A stretch of 64,000 nt of DNA from an uncultured Candidatus Saccharibacteria bacterium (GCA_964510925.1 CAZEDS010000003.1:19281-83280), one strand, 5' to 3'. Shown: positions 1 to 9,897, numbered from the stretch's first letter. Numbers and translations: made by a program. Notes: generated by a model not told the origin, from the sequence alone.

Positions 1-2
1 CA

Positions 3-1871
3 GAAGCTGCACCAGAAAATAGATTTCCAGTATTAGAAGAAGCCTTGAAGTCATCATCAAAGCCACGGAGATTATTGGCCTTAAAGGCATTTGGTACTGC
101 TCTCCAAACAAATAGTTTTCATAGGTTTGTGGGGTCAGAATATCAAGGACTACGTAAAGCAAAACTATGGAGACCGGCTAATATAAATGAGCAGATTTCT
201 GCATATCAAAAGGTATTGAAACTACTATATTCAAATTTAGAAACTTTAGATGAGGAAGAAAAACAAATAGCTATAAAAACCTTGCTTGATCACCTTCGTG
301 GACTTTTGCAAATTACGCAACTAGCTGATGAAATTCTTCAAGATCTGAAATCTATAATTCAAAAGGAGTATATAGACATACGCGAAATACTTAAAACGAT
401 ATCGCTAGTCCTTCACTACGATAGGAAAAGATTGCCACAAAATATAGTTAAGCAGCTAGAAGAGATCGAAAGCTCCTTAGTTGGAGATGATTTCCATTCA
501 CTATCAAAACGTTATATTGGGATGGAATTGATAGAAGATAGATATGATGAAAACGGAAAAAGAGCGGACAAAGCAGAAATACATCTTAATAATCTTGCTG
601 ACCAAGTAATAAAAAACAAAGAAATTATAATGCCTGAATTAAATTGGTTAATTACAGAAGATGCAAAAAACGGATATCGCTTTGGGCATGCACTAGGAAT
701 TAAAGATAAAAACTTTGAACTCTTAGATACATTATTAGAGAAACATAGAGAATTTATTGGCAACAAAAATGTAAGTGATTTTTTTCTGGGCGGATACTTT
801 AAGGCATTAAATGAACTCGACTCGGAAAGATGGGAATCAATAATGGACATGCTTTCGGATGATCCCGTTCTATTAACATGGGTGCCGTCATTAACATGGA
901 GATCCGGTTATACATCGGATCGTGCAGCCGCCCGCATTTTAGAACTAGCGAAACACGGAAAAATTAAGCCTTATAGCTTTAGGGCATTTGGATTAGGCAG
1001 TGTTATACAAGACTTATCAGAAGATATATTCCAACAATGTATTAAATTTCTATTAAGCTGCTCCGAAGATTATGCCATATCAATAGTAATGGATCTTTAT
1101 CATTTTTTCTATTTAAGAAAAGATGCCAAATATAAATTGCCAGAGGATCTTACGTTAGAAATTTTAACTCATCCACTTTTATTTAAACCAATCGAAAACG
1201 GAAATAGGGATCAAATGGATGATTACCATTGGAAAGAAATTAGTTTAAGATTTATAGATTTATACCCGAAGCGTAGTTTAGAACTAGCAGATCAAATACT
1301 CGCACATTTTGGGGAAGAAGGAACCATTATAGAGGGATACCGATCCGAAGCTGACGAGGTAATCACTACAATATCAGCAATCTACCCAGATGAGATATGG
1401 GGCACCGTAAGTAAATATCTTGGACCACCTATCGATGCAAGATCCTATCATTTGAAATCGTGGCTTAGAGGCAATGGCTTTTTTGAAACTGAACCCGGAA
1501 CATTAAATATATTTAACCCAGATAGAATATGGGCATGGGTAGATGAAGCTCCTGAACGCAGAGCGTGGTACTTAGCAACTTTCGTACCTAAAACTTTATT
1601 TAAAGCGGAAGGCAAAATTTGCTGGGCAAGAGAAATACTTGTACGCTACGGCGAGCGGGAAGCCGTTAGAGGAAATTTAATCGCCAATTTCTATTCTGAA
1701 GGTTGGTCCGGACCAGCAAGTATACATTACCAATTAAAACGAGATGGCTTAGTAGAATTTAGAAAAGATGAAACCGATGAAAAAGTAAAAAAATGGTTAG
1801 ATGAAATTATAGCTGGCCTAAATAAAGATATTGAAAGAGAAAAGATCGTTGAAGAACGACGCGGATTCTAA
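3..1871 (+). CDS. C-terminal part of a large helical-repeat cargo protein (5' end outside the window); possibly an NTPase/defence-type protein
   Basis: Frame is open from position 3 (EAAPENRFPVLEEAL...), so the TTG at 45 is not the true start. Ends NFYSEGWSGPASIHY...EERRGF. No catalytic motif in the visible part; lies in the integrated element. Confidence 0.55.
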   Translation, partial: EAAPENRFPVLEEALKSSSKPRRLLALKAFGTALQTNSFHRFVGSEYQGLRKAKLWRPANINEQISAYQKVLKLLYSNLETLDEEEKQIAIKTLLDHLRGLLQITQLADEILQDLKSIIQKEYIDIREILKTISLVLHYDRKRLPQNIVKQLEEIESSLVGDDFHSLSKRYIGMELIEDRYDENGKRADKAEIHLNNLADQVIKNKEIIMPELNWLITEDAKNGYRFGHALGIKDKNFELLDTLLEKHREFIGNKNVSDFFLGGYFKALNELDSERWESIMDMLSDDPVLLTWVPSLTWRSGYTSDRAAARILELAKHGKIKPYSFRAFGLGSVIQDLSEDIFQQCIKFLLSCSEDYAISIVMDLYHFFYLRKDAKYKLPEDLTLEILTHPLLFKPIENGNRDQMDDYHWKEISLRFIDLYPKRSLELADQILAHFGEEGTIIEGYRSEADEVITTISAIYPDEIWGTVSKYLGPPIDARSYHLKSWLRGNGFFETEPGTLNIFNPDRIWAWVDEAPERRAWYLATFVPKTLFKAEGKICWAREILVRYGEREAVRGNLIANFYSEGWSGPASIHYQLKRDGLVEFRKDETDEKVKKWLDEIIAGLNKDIEREKIVEERRGF

Positions 1872-1950
1872 ATTAACATAATACAAACATTATAAGGTAT
1901 TATGGATTTTAGTTATCAAGTTATAAGCCAAGATTTTCTAAGTATTAAAA

Positions 1951-2214
1951 CTAACCAACATTTATTTTCTTAAAAATTATCCAAAAGAGTAAATTCGCAG
2001 TAGCAAAAATTAAACCGACATCATAAAAATAAGCAGCAAGCCAAAATTCACCGCTATAAATTGAAATAATCAGGTATAAGATAAATCCGAAGATTACAGT
2101 GTACTTTGAAATATTGATTATCTGGTTCCGCTTCCGCCCATTAGTTTGTAAACCAAATGCATATACTACAGCAGAAATATCAAAGAATATAAGTAAGGCA
2201 TTATAAATTTCCAT
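1951..2214 (-). CDS. Small membrane protein (about 3 TM)
   Basis: 87-aa ORF with three hydrophobic stretches. Confidence 0.55.
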   Translation of the reverse strand: MEIYNALLIFFDISAVVYAFGLQTNGRKRNQIINISKYTVIFGFILYLIISIYSGEFWLAAYFYDVGLIFATANLLFWIIFKKINVG

Positions 2215-2324
2215 ATTTATTTAGGATTAGACTACGCTACTATCAGTCCCATTATAGAAAATAGACAGAAATGCTACAAGGGGAAGCTGGTCTGTCAGTC
2301 CCATATTGAATAGCCTGGTTATAG

Positions 2325-2549
2325 ATGGAAGTAGTATCTGTAACACACAAAAGGCTCGGCAGCCGAATAAAAGAATTGAGAAAAATTCACAATTTTACGC
2401 AAGAAGATCTGGCGGAAAAAGTTCAGGTTGATCGAAGCTATATGGGATTTGTCGAAAGAGGTGAAAAGAATCCAACGCTGCTTACACTCATTAAAATTGC
2501 TAAAGCCTTTAAAATAACTCTTTCTAAACTGCTCGATAACATTGATTAA
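2325..2549 (+). CDS. XRE/Cro-C1 HTH regulator (C-protein-like)
   Basis: RIKELRK..FTQEDLAEKVQVDRSYMGFVERGEKNPTL is a classic HTH_3 pattern. Confidence 0.92.
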   Translation: MEVVSVTHKRLGSRIKELRKIHNFTQEDLAEKVQVDRSYMGFVERGEKNPTLLTLIKIAKAFKITLSKLLDNID

Positions 2550-3324
2550 ATCTCATAAATTGCCGGTGTTAGTGCTAATATGTCCATATATGAATGATAT
2601 GGATATTAAAAATGAAGTTATTAATATTGACGAAGTAAGTTCCACTTACACCTATACTCAATTGTGTTTTCTTATTGATCAAGATGATTTTTTAGCTGAT
2701 ATAAAAAGTGTTCGAAAATATCTGAATATATACGAACTAATTGAATATAAGGATATAAAAGAACGGATTAAAAAGGATAAGTTAAAGTTTTATTTAACTG
2801 GCAAGGGTAAAACAGAGCTAGAGCAACAGATTCATAAACTTTTAGATAAATACAAAAAGACCACAGGTTTCTATAATTTATTGGAAAGTGCTATTTTAAC
2901 AGGCAAAATTACTGACAACGAACTTAACGGATTAGAACCATTTAAAGAATCTGCTTATATAACAGTACTAACGGAAGATTCATATTTGCCACTAGCTTTA
3001 GCTATAATTATTACGCCCGATACAACACTGGCAGATTTAGAATCTATTCTTCAGAGTGAGCAATATAAATATGCATTGAAAAGCTATAAATCAGGAGTTG
3101 GAACTATTGATCCCTGGTCGAAAGATACCATCAAAAATATAAAACGAGATCGACAATGGTATTGGCTAAATAAAAAACCTAATAAATTGGGATATGCCAA
3201 AATAGCAGATAATTTGAAAAAATTCGATAGTGATTATATATCAGCAGCAGGTGTAGAGAAAGCAATCAAACGATATAAACAAAATTTAGAAACAGAATCC
3301 AGACGTTTGATAAATAATTTTTAA
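2542..3324 (+). CDS. Hypothetical protein, possible C-terminal HTH
   Basis: 260-aa ORF; C-terminal LGYAKIA...SAAGVEKAIKRY is HTH-like. True start may be ATG 2590 or 2599. Confidence 0.6.
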   Translation: MIKSHKLPVLVLICPYMNDMDIKNEVINIDEVSSTYTYTQLCFLIDQDDFLADIKSVRKYLNIYELIEYKDIKERIKKDKLKFYLTGKGKTELEQQIHKLLDKYKKTTGFYNLLESAILTGKITDNELNGLEPFKESAYITVLTEDSYLPLALAIIITPDTTLADLESILQSEQYKYALKSYKSGVGTIDPWSKDTIKNIKRDRQWYWLNKKPNKLGYAKIADNLKKFDSDYISAAGVEKAIKRYKQNLETESRRLINNF

Positions 3325-3391
3325 GTTTTACATGTCGACTGTTAAGCTCCACTAAAAAGTCATAATCTTTGAACCATAAATATTTTTAATT

Positions 3392-3673
3392 ATGGTTATG
3401 AAGAATGCAGGTACACACATAAAACTCTCTGACTTTCCTTTAATAGCTTTTCTTATAGCTAACTCACAGGAAATTGTAGATATTCTTCCAACTACAGAAC
3501 CATCAAGATTAGAATTTGTATTCGAACGTAACGATGATGTGGAACGATTGCTAAAGATATTCAAATTTTCAGCAGATGATTCCAAGGAATTATTAATTGA
3601 CGCAAGAAAGCTGTTCTCAGCAATGAAACGAGTAAAGGATCTATTGCAACAAAGCAAGGGATATAACATATGA
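3392..3673 (+). CDS. Small MGE-associated protein, DUF5659-like
   Basis: Pattern SDFPLIAFL...RLEFVF...ARKLFSAMKRVK resembles DUF5659 (recalled, unverified). Confidence 0.55.
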   Translation: MVMKNAGTHIKLSDFPLIAFLIANSQEIVDILPTTEPSRLEFVFERNDDVERLLKIFKFSADDSKELLIDARKLFSAMKRVKDLLQQSKGYNI

Positions 3674-3861
3674 AGAATCTAGTTAATCTTTTACCAAAAA
3701 AAGCCATAGAAGAATATATAGCTATTTATAAGCAGGCATATGGAATTGAACTTACATATAAACAGGCACAAATAGATGCATTAGAGTTTTTAAATTTCTT
3801 CAAGGTTGTTTACCAACCAATAAAAAAAAGAACCGATCAAAAATGTCTAAAACTAAGTTGA
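3670..3861 (+). CDS. Small helical protein typical of CPR recombinase elements
   Basis: LPKKAIEEYIAIYKQAYGIELTYKQA; start overlaps the upstream ORF stop. Confidence 0.6.
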   Translation: MKNLVNLLPKKAIEEYIAIYKQAYGIELTYKQAQIDALEFLNFFKVVYQPIKKRTDQKCLKLS

Positions 3862-4115
3862 ATTCATATAAAATCAAATACGAAAGAACAATCATGCAGA
3901 GAAATTTTTTACTAAGTTTTTTTGATGCTCCAGATAAGTATGAAGAAAAATTAGTAAATAATTTTTGGCTAGTAAAGCAATATAGCAGGACTAAGAATGC
4001 ATGGCATGTAGCGATTTTTGAATACGATAAGTTTATGAATAGAAGAAAATTTAATACATATAGAGGTTCATTTATTAAAAATCCTCGTGGGAATAGCGAG
4101 AGCGAGGCTAAATAA
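3843..4115 (+). CDS. Hypothetical protein
   Basis: 90-aa ORF overlapping the previous gene in the same operon orientation. Confidence 0.5.
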   Translation: MSKTKLNSYKIKYERTIMQRNFLLSFFDAPDKYEEKLVNNFWLVKQYSRTKNAWHVAIFEYDKFMNRRKFNTYRGSFIKNPRGNSESEAK

Positions 4116-4582
4116 TTTGACGCTGGGATACTGCTTACCTTCAAGCTAAGGAAATGAAGGTGTGATGATACGCGGTATTGTAAAAACGAGCGAGGGACTT
4201 GCACTGACGTATTTCGGGAACCCTCCCTTCTTAGGCTAAGGCTAGAGTTTGGAATAGGAAATGTACTTAGAGCTGGCGAGAAACAACGCACCAAACAGTT
4301 CGAAACCATATTGGGAAACCTACGGAAGGGGAGACTATGTGAATCAATCGGTATTATCTTTTGTTATGGTTTTGGTAAAAACAAGTTATGTAGTTTAAAT
4401 CAAAATTTAGTTATCAGGTCTTGAGAAGAAGGCATGGAGTGTCTATGGATTGCAGTTGACCACAGTTGGCTTTACCCCAGAAATTAACTAAAGTTAACTT
4501 TTTGAGGTTTTTGGTTTATCAAAATGTTAGCAAAGGTTAGCATTTAGCAAGTTTTAAGATTATATTTAAATTAAGAATTTAT

Positions 4583-6190
4583 ATGAAAAATGAAATTAAA
4601 AATATAATTTATGATATTTACTGTAGAAAGAGTCAAGAAAGCGAAGAAAGACAAGTCTTAAGTTTAGAAGGTCAAGAAAAAGAAATAAAAGAATTTGCAT
4701 CCAAGCTAGGAATTAAAATCAGGAAAATTTGGTTTGAGTCTTTTTCAGCTAAAGCACCAGGACGACCAATATTTAACGAGATGATGAATGATGTCAGAGA
4801 AGGTAAGATACAAGGAATAGTTGCCTGGCATCCTGACCGCCTATCAAGAAACAGTGTTGATGGTGGGTTAATAATCTACTATTTAGACACTGGCTATTTA
4901 AAAGATTTACTATTCCCTACATATACGTATGAGAATACCCCACAAGGTAAATGGATGTTAAATATTCAATTCGGACAATCCAAATATTATGTTGATCAAC
5001 TATCCATAAATGTCAAAAGAGGAAATAGAGTAAAACTTGAAAATGGCTGGAAGCCCTCAATGGCACCAACAGGTTACTTAAATAAGCTAGATGATAAAAC
5101 GATAATTCCAGATCCTGAAAGATTTAATATATTGCAGAGCGTATTAATAGATATTATTAACGGGAAATCATCTATTAAAGATGCTTTTAATGATCTTAAT
5201 AATAAATATGGTTACAAAACATTACAAAGGAAAAAATCAGGCGGCAGAACTTTAGCGAAATCATCGTTTTATAACATCCTTAATAATTCTTTTTATTGCG
5301 GAATTATTAGACATAACAATCAAGAATATCCTGGCAAGCATTTGCCAATGATAACCATCCAAGAATTCGACAAGTTACAAATAATTTTAGGTTTTAAAGG
5401 AAAACCCAGACAGCAGAACCGCTCATTCCCTTTAACTGGATTTATAAAATGTTCAGAATGTGGTTCTATGATCACTGCGGAAACACATAATAAGAAAAAC
5501 TCCAAAACGAATCAAATAACAACCTATACCTATTACAGATGTACTAAAAAGAATCCTCATATAACTTGCAATCAACCATATGTTTCAGAAAAGGAATTGG
5601 AACAACAGATTGATACTTATCTAAGTAAAATTAGCATTTCAGAAGAATTTAAAAATTGGGCATTAAAATATTTAGATTATCTAAATGATAATGAGATAAG
5701 GCTTGAAAAGGCGGCCTTTGAAAATGTTCATAAAGAAATTGAGAAGTCTCGCAAAGAACTACAAACAGCCACTACTATGCGAGTAAAAGGCCAAATTGAT
5801 GACATCATTTATGAAGATGAGAAAAAACGGATTAACTCTGAATTAAATCGTTTAAAGGAAATATCAAATGAAGTTGAAAGAAATGCAGATAATTGGGTTG
5901 ACCTAGTAACTAATACCGTAAATTTTGCATATGCTGCAAGATTACAATTTGAAAATGGAGACAATAAAGCTAAACGGTACGTATTCTCAAAATTAGGCTC
6001 GAACTTTATATTAAAAGATAAGAAACTAGCTATGGAATTGAATAAAACTTTATTCGCTTTTACCCCTGAATATAGAGAAAATATAGAACCGCTCGAAATA
6101 GAGGAAAAGGTTATAGTGACGCTGGAAAAGAATAATTTAGTGCCTGCTGATCTAGCATGGCTGCCCAACTTGGACTCGAACCAAGATTGA
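4583..6190 (+). CDS. Large serine recombinase (resolvase + recombinase + Zn ribbon + coiled coil)
   Basis: YCRKSQE catalytic Ser, PDRLSRN, LTGFIKCSECGS...YYRC zinc ribbon. Confidence 0.96.
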   Translation: MKNEIKNIIYDIYCRKSQESEERQVLSLEGQEKEIKEFASKLGIKIRKIWFESFSAKAPGRPIFNEMMNDVREGKIQGIVAWHPDRLSRNSVDGGLIIYYLDTGYLKDLLFPTYTYENTPQGKWMLNIQFGQSKYYVDQLSINVKRGNRVKLENGWKPSMAPTGYLNKLDDKTIIPDPERFNILQSVLIDIINGKSSIKDAFNDLNNKYGYKTLQRKKSGGRTLAKSSFYNILNNSFYCGIIRHNNQEYPGKHLPMITIQEFDKLQIILGFKGKPRQQNRSFPLTGFIKCSECGSMITAETHNKKNSKTNQITTYTYYRCTKKNPHITCNQPYVSEKELEQQIDTYLSKISISEEFKNWALKYLDYLNDNEIRLEKAAFENVHKEIEKSRKELQTATTMRVKGQIDDIIYEDEKKRINSELNRLKEISNEVERNADNWVDLVTNTVNFAYAARLQFENGDNKAKRYVFSKLGSNFILKDKKLAMELNKTLFAFTPEYRENIEPLEIEEKVIVTLEKNNLVPADLAWLPNLDSNQD

Positions 6191-6231
6191 CGGCTTCAAA
6201 GGCCGCTGTCCTACCATTAGACGATCGGGCA
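6158..6231 (-). tRNA. tRNA-Gln(TTG)
   Basis: Reverse complement TGCCCGA...GCGGC-CT-TTG-AA-GCCGT...GTTCGAGTC...TTGGGCAGCCA forms a cloverleaf with encoded CCA. Confidence 0.95.
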
Positions 6232-6549
6232 TTGTTTACAATGAGAGTATTATATCAACTTTTTCGTGATGTGTTCAGGTCAAACTTTGATCTTTTAATA
6301 ACGACTGCAAAGCAATAAGTGTTCTTTTTTCTCCTGATATATATTGGCCGTTTTGCTGAATTGGGTTTCTCGTATTTCTTATATAAAAATTTGTTGCATC
6401 ATAGCATGGGCTTAGCCTTTCCCGGCTTTCATCTAATCGTTTTGCGACGTCATTTTCGACCTATAAATAACATCGGATTGGAATCCTATAGACATCTAAT
6501 CAGTACAGTTTTAAAATATACGTATTAACTTATAGTTCCAACATTCCAA

Positions 6550-9210
6550 ATGCCTTCAAATAGGAAAAAGCCTCTTAAAAAAAGTGGAGGCAGGACTAGG
6601 ATAACTCAATCATTCTCTATCAAAAAAGCCTTATTCTATGCGGTAAGAACTGCGTATAACGTGCCTTTGGTATATATTTCATTTATAAAATTCATTGTTT
6701 TGCTTGTATATAAAATTTTGAAGTTTTTAAGTCAAAAAATCTGTGACATGTTAGTACTCACTATGGGGTGGGCTAAGCATGCGCTTATAAAACTACAATT
6801 TTTGCTTAAAAAATTTCTTTTTAATATTTTTATTGTTCTAGCCGTAGTGATCGTACTTTTACATCGATTTGTAAAATTCAACTTTACTTCAACCTTTGAA
6901 TTTTTATGCGTACTTGTTAAAAGTTTAAAAAGCATACTTTTAGCATTTAAGAATTTTGCGGTTAATACGTTCAAAAACCTCTGGAAAAAAATACCAAGAA
7001 TTAAGTTTACAAGGCCTACTTTTGGGATAAGATTTTTGTTTTTTGGCATAAAAACTCTTTTTGTATTTACTTTAGTCCTTGGAATTTATGCTTTTTACAC
7101 ATTTTACTTATCTGTTATAAAGGATATTCCTTCTGCAGATGCCTTAAAAGCTTATGATCCAAATCTGACTACAAAAATTTATGATAGAAAAGGGGACCTT
7201 CTTTATAGCTTATATTTTGACGAAGATCGATCTCTTGTAGGCATGGGAGAAATTCCACAAAATATAATAAATGCGACAATCGCAATCGAAGATGAATCGT
7301 TTTATAAACACAATGGAATTTCAATTAGAGCAATTGCACGAGCTGCAAAGCGAACATTTTTTGAAGATGATTTACAAGGCGGATCAACCATTACACAACA
7401 ATTGGTTAAAAATATAATATTAACGCCAGAACGAACTTACGAACGAAAAATCAAAGAAGTTATTATCGCATTAGATGTCGAAAGAAGATTTACAAAAAAT
7501 CAAATCTTGGAAATGTATCTAAACAACATTTCTTATGGAGGTACAGCATATGGTGTTAAATCAGCTGCAAAACGCTATTTTGGAAAAGAATTATCAGACC
7601 TTACTCTTGCAGAGACAACCTATTTAGTCGGGTTACCAGGTGCCCCTTCAAAATATTCTCCATTTGGTCCAACACCAGAAAAAGGCAAAGCCAGACAATG
7701 GGAAGTCTTAACAAGGATGGTGAGTTCAAACTATATAACACAAGAACAAGCAAATGAACTCTATAATGAACCATTGACCTTTAATGACCGATCCGAAAGC
7801 ATAAAATACCCACATTTTGTAAATTATGTGATTCAGGATCTTGAAACAAAATATGGCCAATATGTGTTAGCTAAAGGTGGACTTGAGGTTTACACCTCAA
7901 TTGATCCAGAAATCCAAGACGCAGCACAAGAAATTGCAACTCGAAACGTAAAAAAATTTGCAAAAAATAAAGTCTCAAATGGTGCAATATTAATTACAAA
8001 TCCAAAATCAGGAGAAGTACTAGCAATGGTTGGTTCAACTGATTATTGGAATATAAACAACGATGGCAATGTAAACCTCACCACAGCCCTAAGACAGCCA
8101 GGTTCATCAATAAAGCCAATAACATACTCCTTAGCTTTAGAGCGTGGCTATACGCCATATAGCGAGATTGTTGATGAACCAGTTCGATATCAAATCCGTG
8201 GACAAAAAGATTATAAGCCAGTTAATTACGATGGGAAATTTCATGGCAAAATGAATTTAAAAACTGCATTAGCAAATTCATATAATATTCCAGCCGTAAA
8301 ATTAGCAGATCAACTTGGTGTAACAAATCTTATTACTTGGGGCGAACGCATGGGAATTAGTACTTGGACTGACCGCAGTAGATTTGGCTTGTCATTAACC
8401 TTAGGTGCTGGTGAAGTAAAAATGACTGATCTTGCAACAGCCTATGGAGTATTCGCAAATCAAGGTATAAAACGAGATCTAAATCCGATCCTTTCGATTT
8501 ACGATTCATATGGAAGCACAGTTTATGAAAACCCATGCACTCATTATTCAGAAGAGGACACTTTAAAAAAAGCAGAACGAGGGCTCTTTGAAACTTCAGC
8601 CTTTGCACAATCTCAAGCCTACAAAGTCAGTAAAGAAAATGATGCGCCTATCTGCAACAAGCAAAAAACTTTAAGTAGTTCAACTGCATACAACATAACA
8701 ATGATGTTATCTGATAACAGTGCAAGAACTCCAGCTTTTGGTCCAAACTCAAATTTAAATATTACTAAAAAACAAATAGCCGTAAAAACAGGAACAACAA
8801 CCAATGTTAAAGACAACTGGGCAATTGGCTACAATGATGACTTTGTCGTCGCAACTTGGATTGGAAACAACAATGGAGATCCAATGATAAATGTGGCTTC
8901 TGGATATTCAAGCGCATCAACTTTGTGGCGTGAATCATTTGATTATTTAATAAACACAGGGCGTGTTAAAGACAAAATTTCAATTCCACAAGACTTAGTC
9001 GAACTCGAATATTGCCCAATTACAGATAGTTTAAGCTGCAAAGCTTGTTCTGGATTTGATATTAAACAAATGTTTAGTAAAGAGAATCTCCCACAAGAAG
9101 CATGTACAAATGAAAGCTTTATAGAAAATCTTAGAACTAAACACCCAGAATATTTTAGATCGCAAGAGGATAAGAATGACCAAGATGGTTTTGATTCAGA
9201 TCCAATATAA
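6550..9210 (+). CDS. Class A penicillin-binding protein (PBP1A family)
   Basis: GT51 motifs EDESFYKH, GGSTITQQLVKN, RKIKE; transpeptidase GSSIKP, SYN, KTGT. Confidence 0.95.
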   Translation: MPSNRKKPLKKSGGRTRITQSFSIKKALFYAVRTAYNVPLVYISFIKFIVLLVYKILKFLSQKICDMLVLTMGWAKHALIKLQFLLKKFLFNIFIVLAVVIVLLHRFVKFNFTSTFEFLCVLVKSLKSILLAFKNFAVNTFKNLWKKIPRIKFTRPTFGIRFLFFGIKTLFVFTLVLGIYAFYTFYLSVIKDIPSADALKAYDPNLTTKIYDRKGDLLYSLYFDEDRSLVGMGEIPQNIINATIAIEDESFYKHNGISIRAIARAAKRTFFEDDLQGGSTITQQLVKNIILTPERTYERKIKEVIIALDVERRFTKNQILEMYLNNISYGGTAYGVKSAAKRYFGKELSDLTLAETTYLVGLPGAPSKYSPFGPTPEKGKARQWEVLTRMVSSNYITQEQANELYNEPLTFNDRSESIKYPHFVNYVIQDLETKYGQYVLAKGGLEVYTSIDPEIQDAAQEIATRNVKKFAKNKVSNGAILITNPKSGEVLAMVGSTDYWNINNDGNVNLTTALRQPGSSIKPITYSLALERGYTPYSEIVDEPVRYQIRGQKDYKPVNYDGKFHGKMNLKTALANSYNIPAVKLADQLGVTNLITWGERMGISTWTDRSRFGLSLTLGAGEVKMTDLATAYGVFANQGIKRDLNPILSIYDSYGSTVYENPCTHYSEEDTLKKAERGLFETSAFAQSQAYKVSKENDAPICNKQKTLSSSTAYNITMMLSDNSARTPAFGPNSNLNITKKQIAVKTGTTTNVKDNWAIGYNDDFVVATWIGNNNGDPMINVASGYSSASTLWRESFDYLINTGRVKDKISIPQDLVELEYCPITDSLSCKACSGFDIKQMFSKENLPQEACTNESFIENLRTKHPEYFRSQEDKNDQDGFDSDPI

Positions 9211-9212
9211 AT

Positions 9213-9749
9213 TTATCGACAAACCACTTTAATAACTGTACCTGTCATTAAATAGTTTTTGTACCTATTTAGTCGATAAAAGTAATCATTTCTACAAAAC
9301 TTCATTGAAATTTTATAGTAGCTATCACCCTTTCTTACTTTATAGTAGATTGGTTTATTTTTAGGAGTAACCTTATTCGTGATCACGGGTTTTGGTGTTA
9401 CAACAGGGGTAGGGGTAGGCGTTACTGTAGGAACAACAGTTGGGGTAGGCGATACTAAAGCTTCATTTTTTTCACTTTGAAATATTTCAGTAAAATCAGG
9501 CTTTGGTTCTAATTCATCATAAACACTTGTATATGACGCTTTGTCCGTAATTTTGCCTCCAGGTCTTGAAAAATCGTGGTCATTAATATAATTCCAAACA
9601 AAAACTCCTGCAGGTATCAATAGTATTGCGATAACTGTTGCTACAGCTTTTGCTGAATCAGTTTCATACCATGTGATTAATTTATCCTGATAATCTTTGA
9701 GATCTAGACCTTTTGATGTTTCTTTTGGGTTTTGTTTTTTTTCAGACAT
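9213..9749 (-). CDS. Membrane-anchored LysM-domain protein with Pro/Thr linker
   Basis: TM segment, PTPTVVPTVTPTPTP linker, C-terminal YKVRKGDSYYKIS. Confidence 0.85.
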   Translation of the reverse strand: MSEKKQNPKETSKGLDLKDYQDKLITWYETDSAKAVATVIAILLIPAGVFVWNYINDHDFSRPGGKITDKASYTSVYDELEPKPDFTEIFQSEKNEALVSPTPTVVPTVTPTPTPVVTPKPVITNKVTPKNKPIYYKVRKGDSYYKISMKFCRNDYFYRLNRYKNYLMTGTVIKVVCR

Positions 9750-9897
9750 TTATCTACCGCCTTATCGGTTTAGATTAATATCGGAAGGATGAATCCTCGC
9801 CGACTAATCAAAATAATAATTTATAAAACTATTTTAAATCCTTGGCAGAGGAGTATTACTCTAGAATTATACTATTAAATAAGACATTAATTCAAAA

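Larger units (their letters stand above)
1..6190. mobile_element. Right part of an integrative element inserted at the tRNA-Gln 3' end
   Basis: Large serine recombinase overlaps the tRNA 3' end. XRE regulator and small hypothetical ORFs lie inside; housekeeping genes resume after the tRNA. Left boundary not in window. Confidence 0.8.

Noticed and set aside
3800-4309. 169-aa minus-strand ORF
   Set aside because: Antisense to two plus-strand operon ORFs and to the structured region; no recognisable motif.
6319-6528. 69-aa GTG ORF
   Set aside because: No RBS or motif; lies in the divergent promoter region of tRNA-Gln and the PBP gene.
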